Part shown: piece after piece, positions 1-13,498 of the stretch
How the letters are laid out: each line of letters begins with the position of its first letter
Position numbering within the stretch: the stretch's first letter is position 1
Assembly (NCBI GenBank): GCA_964035545.1
Contig: OZ037766.1
Span: forward strand, 3,038,001 to 3,102,000
Direction of reading: 5' to 3'
DNA from: Bugula neritina
Taxonomy: Eukaryota; Animalia; Bryozoa
Length of the DNA stretch: 64,000 nt
Made by a program: the position numbers and the translations under genes
Notes under the pieces: model-generated
What the model saw: only the letters and a program-made list of their open reading frames with translations
What the model was told of the DNA's origin: nothing
Database searches by the model: none

Positions 1-358
1 GGTAAAGGTTTTAAAATTCTAAATTGTGATATTGTTTCGATTTCAAAATCTATGAATGTATCAACATAATGGATCCAGCATGCTTTTGGACACTGAAAAC
101 TAAATCAAGCATGTCTTTGATGTGTATAAAGGCAGACTAACAGACGGACTAACAGACAGACTTATGTGTATTAGTTTGTTTTCGATTAAGTGGAAATTTT
201 CAATTCTTCTCTCTTCCACATTTGGTATTATCCCATATTGAAATGTTAAACTAGGTTTTATATTTCACTCCATCACACTATATATAGCTATATAGCGAAA
301 TGTTAAGAATTGAAGTTCTAGAATAGAAAGTTCTAGAATCTAGATGAAAGGAGCTTAC

Positions 359-1404
359 CCTTTCATAGGTCAGCCACACATCATAGCCAGAGCTCCTACT
401 ACACCTCCATCCCAGGTAGGGTCTTTGAGCTACCAACACACAAATTGAAACAACTTCAAGAATAAATTCTAGATTCAGCTACAAAATAATTTCATTAAAA
501 AAATGAATTGTACTAAATAATAAATATGCATTTCTGTATTATATAATCAATTGATAATATTTATTTTCCTAATGATCTTACGGAATTGTGCCACTGAATT
601 CTCTAGAAGATCCAGCAGAGTTCTATCCTCACAGGGAGGAGTTTCCCTAACCACCATGCATGCAGGGATTATCTACAACAAATATAACAATCAGACCTTC
701 ACCTAAGTCACCTTTACTTTATAATACAGGAGTGTAAACCCCTACTTTATAATACAGGAGTGTAAAACCCTACTTTATAATACAGGAGTGTAAAACCCTA
801 CTTTATAATACAGGAGTGTAAACCCCTACTTTATAATACAGGAGTGTAAACCCCTAGCTTTTAATACAGGAGTGTAAATCTCTAGTTTATATTACAGGAG
901 TGTAAACCCCTACTTTATAATAGAGGAGTGTAACCCCTAGTTTATAATACAGGAGTGTAAACCTCTACTTTATAATACAGAAGTGTAAACCCCTACTTTA
1001 TAATACAGGAGTGTAAACCCCTAGCTTTTAATACAGGAGTGTAAACCCCTACTTTATAATACAGGAGTGTAAACCCCTACTTTATAATACAGGAGTGTAA
1101 ACCCCTCTCTTATAATACAGGAGTGCAAACCCCTATTAAAGGAGTGCTAATAGGGGAAAGAGTAGAGTTAAGTGTGATTGGTTAGTGCCCAAACTAATTC
1201 CTTTAGCGTACCTCCTAAATATGAAACTCTAAGCTTTTTGGAACCATATTAATCTATTAAATGTAATGTTTATACAATACTTATTGAAATATAGTTTATA
1301 CAACTTCTGCTGCTCACCATGTGCCTTCTGCTTTGTCTATGAAGCTCTGTGGGATCTAAGACGTAGCAGTCAGGGCCAGACCTTGTTCCTTTACAGCAAG
1401 ACAT
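359..1404 (-). CDS. Long-chain-fatty-acid--CoA ligase, paralog C (5' part only; continues beyond left edge)
   Basis: Three GT-AG exons absent from the ORF track: 1404-1318 (MSCCKGTRSGPDCYVLDPTELHRQSRRHM), 672-582 (IIPACMVVRETPPCEDRTLLDLLENSVAQF), 429-359 (PQRPYLGWRCSRSSGYDVWLTYER). Lengths 87/91/71 nt and phases equal exons 1-3 of paralog B, with clear peptide similarity (MSCC..RSGPDCY; PYLGWR..GYD.WLTY). Confidence 0.88.
715..1135. repeat. 28-bp minisatellite, about 15 copies (CCCCTACTTTATAATACAGGAGTGTAAA)
   Basis: Directly visible; in the intron after the first coding exon of ACSL-C. Confidence 0.95.
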
Positions 1405-1410
1405 GTCCAG

Positions 1411-1605
1411 CTACACTGTAACATTATAATATACTACACTGTAACATTATAATATACTACACTGTAACATTATAATATACTACACTGTAACATTATATAC
1501 TACACTGTAACATTATATACTACACTGTAACATTATATACTACACTGTAACATTATATACTACACTGTAACATTATATACTACACTCCAACATTATGTAC
1601 TACAG
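1411..1605. repeat. 20/23-bp minisatellite (CTACACTGTAACATTATA[ATA]TA), about 9 copies, containing the ACSL-C splice acceptor
   Basis: Directly visible; the minus-strand unit ends in TTACAGTGTAG. Confidence 0.92.
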
Positions 1606-2850
1606 AAACTGCTTGCACTTAGGGACATTGATGGAATAAAAATGCTGACAACAAAACCTCAGAGAATTACAGAGCACAATTCTGAATTTAATTGCTTTAA
1701 AAGTATCGTAAGAATAGCAAACAAGTTCAAACAACAAGGTTGGACATATTGTACACCTGGTAATATATAAGAAAGCTGTTCAAAATGAACAGTTTATAGC
1801 AAAATATTATGATTGATCACTCACCCAATTTTTTTGTTTCGTAGCAATCTGGTCTAAAATCTAAACAAGTAATAGTTGATAGAATTTTGTTAAAATATGA
1901 AACGTCTTTCTAATTTTGGTAACAACTTTCTTGCTAATGCAAAAAAAGTTGAATAACTTTAACTAGAAGTTTGTGAATAAAGCTAAGACAAACATATTAT
2001 AAAAGCTGAAATAGCACCCACACCAAAAACATAATAGAGATTAAAATTATCAGAAAGCTTTGAAGTAAAGCTAGATTACAAGTAAATTGCCTATATACAC
2101 CGCAACACTGTAAATATTCCATATAAATGACAAATATATGATAATTAAAGTCGGAAATAAAAAGATGATTTTTAGACTTCTATTTTGAATAAAGTTTATC
2201 CACAATAATTGATCTACATTGTGGTATCAATGTCAGGATTTTGTTATCATTGACTAAAATTATGTTAATGAAAAATTTTTAATTCAAGTATTTTGACAGG
2301 AGTCAATATTAATTTCCAGCTACATAATATATTGTTGATCAAAGTAGGGGGAAATAATTCAGTTAGTATTTACACTTTCTTGAAGTTGAATTCAAAGAGT
2401 TTACAATAATGCTGAATATATAACTCAAATCAGAATTGTTATACGCATGTGGAGATAATATATTCAATTATATGTCAAAAGGGCATAAGAATAATATTTT
2501 TACTTCAATATTTTATTTGTAAGAAATATAATATAATACATATCTTTCAAAATATAAAATAAATTTTCATATGAAAAAGCATAAAGAAAAATATATTTAT
2601 TTAAGTTGTCAACTATTAAATGATTAACAAATTAGTTAAATAAAGTGAACTATGTAAATGTGAAAAAATAAAATTCCAATCTATTAAAATAAAAAACCTG
2701 CAGATTTGCATAGCCTGTAGAATTATAGGCTCCAAGGATGAAAATTCACTTGTTTAAACTTGGGCTGATGCTATGTGTGTTATCTAATCTGATTGGTGGA
2801 TGTCTCAGGCTGTCTGGTCAAATAATGGGCAACGATACTTATTATCTGGC

Positions 2851-5800
2851 CTATGATTGGTTAATACTTTTCAACATTTGATCTATGATTGGTTGGTACT
2901 CCTCAAGGCACTGAGCTCTTTTTAACTTGAAAGTAGGTGTTAGAAGATTATTCTCTACGCTGAAGACGTCAGCTGTGAGATGTATATCCTTGACCTACCA
3001 ATGTATTTATGTTATTATATTAGACAAACTGCTTAATATAGTGAATATGCCATATGTTTATCATGTAGTATACTAACAACACTACTAATATAATAATATT
3101 ACTATGCCTATATTTAGGTTGTACGCTACTGAATTGAGTAATAATACAATAATATGGTATAATATTACATAAAACAACAATAATGCATTACACTGTATGA
3201 ATATAATACTTTAAGGATGAGCTTGTATTGTAATAAGGACATTGTATTGCAATACTAGAAGACTATAATAAAACGTAATGCTCTTATAATTATAGCCACA
3301 GTATATGTTATAATTATATTGTTAATTATAATATCAATTATATTGTAATCACAATATAATAAATTAATATAATGCAGCTATATTTAGGGTTTTTATTATT
3401 TATGTAAATATATATTACAGCATTTTCAAAACAGAGCAAATCACCAGAAATGTTAAAACATCAGCAAGTTTTGATTAGACTATTATTTTCTACCAATTTT
3501 ATGCTCTAATGAAATCGATTAAGTCGACAAACTTTTTCTTACTCTATGATCCTTTGATAGGTAAGGGCTAAGTGACCCACCCTCTATAATATAAACTACT
3601 ATTAACTATACTCAGCTATATTTATGGTCACCTGCCTTTTCAAAACCTTTCAAGTTGAACTGCTTGGCTGAGTTTTCCATTGCTTTCAGGACGGCTGTTT
3701 TTACTTCTGACAGTTTGCAAAGTTCTTCCATGTCTGTCACCATAAGCCCAAGCTGAGACTTGGCAAATTCTGGCAGTGTTTCAGCATCAGGTACAACAAT
3801 GCCAACCTTGAAGAACCAAAACTTGATTGTATCAGCTTTTTGTTAAAAAACACCATTACTACTTTGCAAATTATTTTATTGCAATTTTTAAAAAGTTTGA
3901 TAACAGTTTTGCTGCTTACCAAATAAGAACCAGTGCTTTCACCGTGTACAAAGCACTGAGCAACCAAAGAACAACTCGTATAAACATTTTCTATCTTCTC
4001 TGGTGCCACATATTCTCCCTGAGAAAGTTTGAAAATATTTTTCTTTCTGTCGACTATCTTCAGTGTGCCTCTCTGTAGATATAATATAAATATATTATAT
4101 TGTATCTCTTTGTAATAATAGTATCAAATATATTATATTGTATCTCTCTGTAGATATAATACAAATATATTATATTGTATCTCTTTATAATAATAGTATC
4201 AAATATATTATATTGTACCTCTCTGTAATAATAATAATAGCAAATACGAGTATATTATATTGTATCATTTTTTATTTATAATATCTAAAATATTATATAG
4301 GTATTGCATCCTATGGTAATATAATATAAATGTACATAAAACACTAAATTTGGTAAAATAAAAGCTGATACTGCAATTTTGCTTCTGCATGACCTGTGAA
4401 AGCTAATATTAGAAAGCTTCACTTAAGAGTCTGAAAGTTTTAATGTGAAAATAAATTGGAGTTTTTGTTGTGATTTCACCCACCTCAGTCCATCTACCAA
4501 TATCTCCAGTGTGTAACCATCCGTCATCATCAATGGCTTCTCTAGTCTTTTCCTCATCCTGTAGGTAGCCTTTGAATACATTGCTTCCCTTACAGCACAC
4601 CTCACCCACATTCTCAGCAGCAATGTAGTTCATCTCAGGGACATCAACTAGCTTTATTATACTGCAATCTAATGGTGGTCCCACCTCACCTAAAATTCAC
4701 AGCTAGCGACATTCAAAAGAGTAAGTACAAGTGTAAGTGTAAGTATACAGTGTAAGTAAACAGTGTAGCCTAAGTACAAGTGCAAGTGAAAGTGCAAGTA
4801 TAAGTGTAAGTACACAGTGTAAGTATAAGTATACAGTATAATTGTAAGTGCAAGTATAAGTGTAAATACATCACTAGAATTACCTGCCATGTGATCGCCA
4901 GGCATCGTCATAGCCATTATAGCTGAGCACTCTGTTTGTCCGTAACCTTCACAGACCTGAAACGGCGAGTCATTGAAGAGAAATGTAGCTGAGAACTCTT
5001 TCATATAACTCACAGACGTATTTAATCAACAAAGAAGTGGAAAACCTATTTTTATATCTAAGAGATTCATAAGTATGCCCATCAGTGACTACAGACACTG
5101 CTGTTTTGGTGCAAGCACTACCATATAAGGTATTTATAGACTGTTGAATGAGATGTCTATTCAGTAAAGTGAATACCGAGTTTAAGCCTTAGAGTAGTAT
5201 AATTGTTCAACTACGCCATTCTAGCAGTTACTCCCTTCTAAGTAGCTGTAAGTCACTTACCACAGCTCCAGTGGCTAGTTTAAAGAATCTCAACACCGGT
5301 GCTGAAATTGGGGCGGATCCCGTGAGGATGACCTTCACACGACCCCCAAGAGAGTCGCGCAGTTTCTTGAAGACTAGTTTGTCCCAAAATGTTGACCTTG
5401 CTATGATGCCTCTACAATAAATATCAACATGGGAACACAAAATGGTGGGTGGAAATGTTAATCAATTTATTTCTTTTTTAATTTTACTAGTTCAACAAAC
5501 CAAAACTTATTAAAAGACAATACTAAGAGTTGTCTTATGAAGTGATTCAGCTTTTCCACCAGTTAGAGGCAACAATTATGAAAGAATTTGCCTTGTTACA
5601 AGCTCACAGCTCTAAGTAGGTATATATACACATGATGTGATGAAACTGTAAATACCTATACTTGTGACTATGCTACCAGACTGTATAGCTGCTGTACATG
5701 CTATTTTGATAACTCTATCTCAAGTCTTTACTCTTAATGAGAAATTGCTTTGCCACAATTAAGAGTAAAAAAGGGAATGAAAATAATTTTTTCCAATTAC

Positions 5801-8800
5801 TATTGTCAGTCTAGCCATCTAGACTTCACCCATAACCACTTGCTTGCTTCTAAAAAGATGCTATTCGTTGCCATAAACAATATTTCAGTTAAGAGATATC
5901 CTGGTTTAAAGGTAAATCTGTAAAATGTTGGCAAGACTCAAAATAGTAAAACAATTTTAATTATTTTTTACTAATCTGAAGTGATTTTTGTTTTTTGTTA
6001 TTTACTTCTTAAAAGTATTACATAATTTTCCTTACCTGAGTGCCTGTTTTAATCATCTCTTTCACTTATATTAATTTATGTAATGACAGGACAAACTAAA
6101 GATTGTGTTCAAAGCCAAATAACAATGCTTGTTGTCAATAAAATTATGAATTCAAACATGCTTAGTGCAATTTATGCATTACCTATTGTATAACTCCTCC
6201 TTTTTCTTCAGAGCTCTTTCTAACATTGACTTTTTAAACGAGCTTTTATTAGCACCACTGATAACCTGAGGTGAAGAGAATAAACATTATTTAAAATGCA
6301 TGAAAATGGAATAGAAATATTTATTCTAATTCAAAAAAATTTTTTGCTTTACTTTGGAAAAATATATGTATTGAATTTTAGTATATGCATGTATTTCAGT
6401 ATATGTATGTATCCCAACTTATGCTATAGGCACAGAAAAATTACTCCCAAGCTGTTTTTTAATTAATCACCCACCCGGTCATATATTCTGTTGAGAAGTC
6501 TTGGAACTGAGGCAAAGTAGGTCGGTCTGAGATACCGGATGTCGTTTAGCAACTCTTTCACATCTCCGCTATAAAAACCAACCTTTCCTCCTTGAGAAAT
6601 CGCGGAAACCTGAGTTTAAGAAAACTTATGCTGAAATTTGTATCAGCCATTCAATATAAAGCATAACTGTAAACAAATTAGAAGTACTAGCAGCTCTCAA
6701 CAATTGTAATAATACAGAAAGTGCTAGGTGTCAGCAAGTGTCAGAAGGTGTCAGAGGGTGTCAGATGGTATCAGAAGGTGTTAGAGGGTGTTAGAAAGTG
6801 TCAGAAAGTGTCAGAAGACATATAAATATTTGTTGAACAACTCAAGCTGCAGTGACAGAAAACTATTTTATTAATAAGAAAGCGGGGTATGCATAGATTC
6901 ACACCAGGGCTGACTGACTGAGTAACTGAGTGATTGAGTGAATGCATGGGTGACTAGCTGACAAGCTAAATGAGTATGATTTTAAGGTAAATATTTACTG
7001 TATAAACTTTAGAAGAAAAAAAAAACAAGCAGCTCTGATTTGAATTTGATAAACTGTGTAAGAGTTGTCTCACCAGCATGGTCTGCTCGTACATGTGTGC
7101 TAAAGGTAGGTATGACAGGAACACGTCTTCTCCTCTCGCCATGAAGTTCTTTTTATAAAATCTTTCCTGTAAGCAATATAAGCTGTTAGAACTTTCTTAA
7201 AACTACTGTAACATCAATACTAATTGCTGCATCACTAATGTGGTACTAATACTAACTATTTTAACACCATAATGGTGATGATATTGTAAACAAGCAGTAT
7301 GCATAGATACTGTATTAATTATATAGATTATAAAGACTGGTTTGTAAAATTTGTATTCTAAGCAAATTCAACTGACTCTATATTATGTTATTTTTATAAA
7401 CTTTATTTGCATTGATCTCTAACAGCCTATTATATGCGCAATACTCACAAATGTAGAGCGAGAAGATTTGGCAGAGTTACTCAGTCCTTTATGTTGTATC
7501 ATGGCTCCCTTGGGTTTCCCAGTTGTTCCACTCGTATAACAGACTAGACACAGATCGTCTAGCTTACACAACTGTATAAATATTTCATTTTTGTTATCAA
7601 TCATTGTCAGCAGAACATTTCAAAACAATGAATAGGTACTAAACAGAATTTGCAATTTTGTTATGTCTTTCAGCTTTTCATAAGTTTTAAGTTTTATAGT
7701 CTATTACATAGCATATGCATTGGCTATAATATAGGCAAACAACTTTTATAGGGGGAGGGGGGGGGCGCTTCCAATAACAAGTTCTTAGACTCAAGTTCTA
7801 AAGCTTAGAAAGATATAGATCGACACCACATAAATTATTTTATTAGCCCAACTTATTGGCAGCCATCATACATTTGTATAAGAGAATAACTTAGTTGTGA
7901 TTGCTGTTTAGAAGCTATGAACAACTAGGTTAACTTCATTAAGGCATATTAACTTCACCACAATAACAGTTTATATCAACTCACACATAACTCTACTGGG
8001 TGCGTGGCTCCTTCATTCTAAAATATATCAATATTATTTATTATTTCATAAATAATTTTTTTTCATTCCTTAAAATATTATATTATAGTAAATAAATACT
8101 TTTTTATTCACTCCAAAAGTAAAGTAAATAAATACTGTTTTACCTATTGATAATCATATATTTTATTTGACTTGGTTCTTATTTCAACCTATTTGTTTAC
8201 ATGCACAGATTGTCAACTATATAAATTAATATACTTTTATTTTACATTTGTACTTGTATAAGTAATGAAATCACAAGAACTGGCAAAAAGAGTTTTCTAA
8301 ACATTTTCAACTTTTGGATTTTAGAGTCACTAAAACAGTTAAATTAAGAAGAAAATAAATAAATAAATAAAAATATAATTGAAAATGAAAATAGCTTAAA
8401 TTGGTTTCAATTTTGAAAGATGTTGTGCAAATGGAGAGATTAGGTTAAACCTAAGAACTATTTTTACCATAAACATACCTCGAGCGTTTCAAAGGAAAGG
8501 ATAGTCCAGCCCTGACTCTCTACTGCTGCCACAGTGTCAGCGCTGACAGAATTCATGTGGATCAAAGTTTTAACACTCGGCAGCTGGTCATGTCTCCATT
8601 TTAGTAAATTCTTAATTTTGTCCTCGTCATCACATATTATTACCTCCATTTTTGCTGTGAAACATAAATTACGTTATAAATTTCAAACACACATGTCTTC
8701 AGAAGATAAAAAATCAAGATACTCACAGGTGGGGATAACTCACTCTGATTAACTATATGTACAATTCCCTCATCTCCTAAAGTATCATACATTGGTACTA

Positions 8801-9342
8801 TAACCATAGAGTGCTGGTAGCAGGCATACTGTGCCAGAACCATCTATAAAACAAAATATACTATTTTAAATTTGCATCTATTAAGTTTTTACTCTTTGGC
8901 ACTATATTATGCTTTGTTATAGCATGACATTGCATAAATCTAAAAGATGCAATGGCTTTTTCATGTTAGCTTCAGCGCTTATTTTATTTATTTATATACA
9001 GCTATATCAGCTTTTCTGTGCAAGTTAATATATAAGGTGGTAACACTTCTACTGTTTTCATTGTAAATTATTTTATGATCAATACACCTGTTTGAAACAC
9101 AACATGCTTATAAGCCAAAAACCCCAATACCATGGAAACTCAGTCATTCCCAGTGCTAATCAACTTGAACAGACAACTCTGCTATCTGAGTTCTACACTG
9201 TCTCTTTTGGTGGTAATATTCGTATACAAAACTTACCTCAGCTCTGTTTTTGGAAAACATTCCAATGAGTGTGTCATTGTTTGGTTGCTGGTTCAACCAT
9301 CTTAACCCATACCCAATGTTGGTAATTCTTGTATATGCCTAT

Positions 9343-9406
<64 letters not shown>

Positions 9407-12036
9407 TATTATATATATATTATGTATAATGTATATAGTTCAATTGACATTTACATTGTTCTATCACAATGATTGATTTTTGTTATTGAATGTAAATTTA
9501 GTCCTCAGCTGACATGTTTAAGAAAAAAATCACCTGTCTATAAGTCAACCACCTGTCATAGCCTGTCGCTGAAGAACTCCTCCATCCGAGGTATGGCTTG
9601 TCTCCTGCAAGTAAATGCAGTACAACTCTAGTCATGAAAACCAAAAGAAACATGGAATTCTATTGCTATATCTTAATATATACATGTATTTATGCAGAGA
9701 TTTTATCACCAAGAAGCTTCAACGCTCCCAGAGTGAGAGATGATGTAGTTTTCTTGATATGTTGACCACTAGAATTATTTGTTCGGTAAGAGAGCTACCT
9801 GTTGAAAATAATAGAAACATGTTGAAAGTGAAATGGGCTGTTCAAAGACTGTTTCAATCTTGATCAAAGCAAAGTAAACGTAATTATCAACTTGTATAAA
9901 ATTAAATAATCAATGTAATTGGTATACCCTGAACAAAGATGACTGAACTTTAACAGCCTCGAAAATTCAAGTTTAAATTTTTTTAATGTTTTTCCAACTC
10001 ATAATTTTAAATCTATCAACTTATGGGTCAGAATTTTTCTCTCCCATAAACTATTGATAAAAAAGTTTTATTAGTTATTACCAGTAATGTAGAAGTTCAT
10101 GAAAATAGCAGTTTCAAAGTCAAAAACCAATATAGCAAAGCTGGTGGCTACACCATCATTGTTGTCAAGTGTTGGCAGGATCAATAACTGATTATGAAGG
10201 TCTTTTTTTACGTAACACATTGTCCATTTACACAACTTCTTTTACGCTATTAGAAAAACCAGGGAATGTTTGTTTAGTGTTGTGTTACACCTTCCACCTG
10301 TATTTACTACTTTCATTGAATAATCCATAAGCGCTGTTTGTAGTCCGATATTTCCTTAGCTAAACCGTTCCTTAGTGATATGCAAAACTACATTTATATC
10401 CAATGCGCAAACAAAACTGCAGCCAGGAATAAAATAAACACGATACATATTCAATATTTTATACAAGTATTCTAACAGTAAATTTGTTGGGATTTTACAT
10501 AATCTGGGAAAGCTTTTCCTTAATGCATGATAGCTTTTCACATACCATCTCAGCTACGCCAGCTATATTATGCTTTTTTCACATTCATTATAGCTCCTAC
10601 ACAAAAGCTAACCCTTTTGACTAGTATAAAAACCCAGCAATTTTCACTTATCCACACTTGGGTCTCACTTGTAACTTATAACTTATGATATAACCTTTTT
10701 CACATTGTATTTTCTTTCAGTCTGCTACAATAAATACTTCTATACACTTAGAATACAACAACATTATATTCTAAAATTGTTAAAATACAACCCAAGCTTC
10801 ACGCTATAACAAGTTGAGCTTTAAATAGACAATAGATGCTTATAGATAGTTATAATTAGCTAAGCAAGCCAGAACTTGTTTTTTTTAATTCAAGAAAGAA
10901 AGCTAATTGTTGGGACTTTTATATACACACTAGAAATGGTACATTATTCAAAAACTCTGCCTGGCTGAGTGACTTTCTATTCAAACAAATACAGCATATA
11001 AATCTGTTTAGATATATTCACATTATTATGCTAAGTTATTAGATAACACCAGGTTTATAATAAGTTGGTGTAACAGTACCAAAGTCCTTCACTGATGTTT
11101 CCAGCACATCATGCAAAGTCTGCTCTGTTCCCACATAATCAGTATTGGCTTTTCTGCATGCCTGTATTCCCTACAACCAAAGAGTGTACTATACTTTAAA
11201 CGCAGTGTGTATTCCTACAACCAAAGAGTATATATATCCTACACTCGCTTAACAATTTTTTTTAAAAATAGCCAACTAAACCAATGCCAGAACACAGTCC
11301 CATGAAAAATGTAAACACAGCTGCACTTTCAAAGGGGAAAATAGCTAAATATTTCTCTTTGTATGGAGATTCCTTCGTTTTGTCAACTTATTGTGCTTCT
11401 CTCATAATTTGTATTTTCTCAATTATTGAAGCATGCCTTTTTTTTGGTGAAAAAGTAGTAGAAACAACAGAGTAGAACTAGTAGAATGAACAGAATAGAA
11501 GTTGAATAGACAGAGTAGAAGTTGAATAGACAGAGTAGAAGTTGAATAGACAAAGTAGAAGTTGAATAGACAGAGTAGAAGTTGAATAGACAGAGTAGAA
11601 GTTGAATAGACAGAGTAGAAGTTGAATAGACAGAGTAGAAGTTGAATAGACAGAGTAGAAGTTGAATAGACAGAGTAGAAGTTGAATAGACAGAGTAGTA
11701 GTTGAATAGACAGAGTAGAAGTTGAATAGACAGAGTAGAAGTTGAATAGACAGAGTAGAAGTTGAATAGACAGAGTAGAAGTTGAATAGACAGAGTAGAA
11801 GTTGAATAGACAGAGTAGAAGTTGAATAGACAGAGTAGTAGTAGAATAGACAGAGTAGAAGTTGAACAGAAAGAGTAGAAGTAGAATAGACATAGTAGAA
11901 GTTGAATAGACAAAGTAAAAGTTGAATAGACAAAGTAGAAAAGACTTACAGGGTACACTCTGCTCTGACTCACAAGGTCTGCCGTATCAAACGCATAACA
12001 ATCGGGACCTGACCGAACCGTCCCACAACACGACAT
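2851..12036 (-). CDS. ACSL1: Long-chain-fatty-acid--CoA ligase (ACSL1/5/6 family), paralog B, about 663 aa, 17 coding exons
   Basis: Exons: 12036-11950, 11170-11080, 9604-9534, 9338-9237, 8843-8744, 8654-8479, 8017-7985, 7571-7449, 7166-7074, 6609-6475, 6265-6183, 5411-5261, 4956-4884, 4689-4484, 4072-3920, 3806-3636 (GC donor), 2994-2851; total 1992 nt, in frame. Motifs [55 protein letters not shown] and [10 protein letters not shown] are intact. The symbol marks the family, not one-to-one orthology. Confidence 0.93.
4073..4270. repeat. About 37-bp intronic minisatellite shared with paralog A (14861-15050)
   Basis: Units of TGTAATAATAGTATCAAATATATTATATTGTATCTCT in the equivalent intron of both paralogs. 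Confidence 0.85.
4720..4868. repeat. Degenerate hexamer repeat (AAGTRY)n
   Basis: AAGTGT/AAGTAC/AAGTAT units; source of the spurious LHL/TLT translation. Confidence 0.8.
6725..6818. repeat. 10-bp repeat (GTGTCAGAAG)n
   Basis: Directly visible, about 9 degenerate copies. Confidence 0.8.
9347..9420. repeat. (TA)n microsatellite abutting an ACSL-B acceptor
   Basis: Directly visible. Confidence 0.95.
11464..11940. repeat. 20-bp minisatellite (GTTGAATAGACAGAGTAGAA), about 23 copies
   Basis: Directly visible; starts a few nt inside ACSL-B intron 1 and produces three spurious repetitive ORFs. Confidence 0.97.
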
Positions 12037-13498
12037 TTTTACATAATCAGCTGGGGAACCCCTGCAAGGTATTTAATATTAAAGTAATTATATAGACTAC
12101 TATTTTATTTCTTCTGTCATAAAATATGATGAACTGTGATCCATATAACTTATTCGTTATTCGTAATAATATTGCACTTACCCTCAGCTTAATGATGAAA
12201 AATAGGGGACAGTTGAAAAAGCAAATTCACATTTATACAGTCTACTTAAAATCTACCTCAAGCTGCTTTCATGTGCTACTCTGTAAATCCCAATGTTAAC
12301 AAATCAAATGGTATATTGATTATTCCTATGCGTTACCTTTAATGTAGTTTAATATTACAGCTTATGGCAAACTGTGCTATTGTATTGCTTGTGAGTTAAA
12401 CTATTGTTTTTAATTTTTATTGTAAATTGTAAGTATATTGGAGTTTGATTGGTGCTAAGTCTAAAGGTGTGCAATTAGTAAAGTTCTATAAATATTTTAT
12501 TAAGAAGAATGCCTTTTGTCCTTTACACATCGAATTAAAAAAGAATATAAACTTTTACACAAGATTTAGTTGACTGTATGAACACAGATGTCAATTTTTC
12601 AGTGTCGAAACAAATTATACTTCTGTGCTCAAAATTTCGACATTCATATTTTAAACTATTTTATCGAGGACTGTAGCAACGCCATAAAATTTACAGCAAA
12701 CAGTAAATACAAATAATATGTTGGAAATGTTTTATAAACAAAATACTGATAAACATTACGGAATTACTCATTAATAAAAATGTAAAAAAGAGAAAACTAA
12801 ACACCAAATTCCTAAATAAATTATCCAAGTATAAAATTGTGTAAAATTGGTAAAAAAGGTTGTTTCGATTTTAAATTAAAAACATATAGAGATGTAGTTG
12901 GTATAAATATTACACGAAGATTAGAAATAATTGAATGGCGAATGATAAAAATCTTTATTAATTTAATAGATCACCATCTTAAAATATTATCACAAATCAT
13001 TTTAATACAAGAAAATATCATAACACAATGGTGTGTGTGAGTATAATGAAACATTAAATTAATATATCCATGGAAACTAAAATCCTGTCACATTAAGAAT
13101 TTAGTAAAATTTTCAACTTAAAAAATAAATTTATTTCAAAACTAAACTCTATAGTGAAAACCAACCAATTATCGTTCCAATAGCTCATACCAGAACTATT
13201 TACTATATTAAGGGAAAGTTTGAGGCTTGCCAATACTAACTAGTGTAGTGTTTTGTATACTGTAGAGTTAAGCTGCGCAACATGAGGAAAACAGAAATTC
13301 ATAAAGAAGGCAACGTTAAGGTCCGGCATAATGTTATACAATGCATTAACATATCTTGAGACTTAATGCCTATGCTCTATAGCCTGCAATCTATTAATCT
13401 TGATGAGCTACTCAGAAATTACAAGCAACTAAGCAGAAATCGTGAGTTAATTGAAACTAATCACTATGCCCAAGTAATAGTGTCCACTGCACTTATGA

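Noticed and set aside
715-1135. CRISPR-like appearance of the 28-bp and 36-bp arrays (also 32983-33330)
   Set aside because: Repeats are contiguous with no unique spacers, there are no cas genes, and the context is eukaryotic introns.
11419-11949. 151-205 aa repetitive ORFs ([20 protein letters not shown])n
   Set aside because: These are translations of a stop-free 20-bp intronic minisatellite; only 12036-11950 is a real exon.
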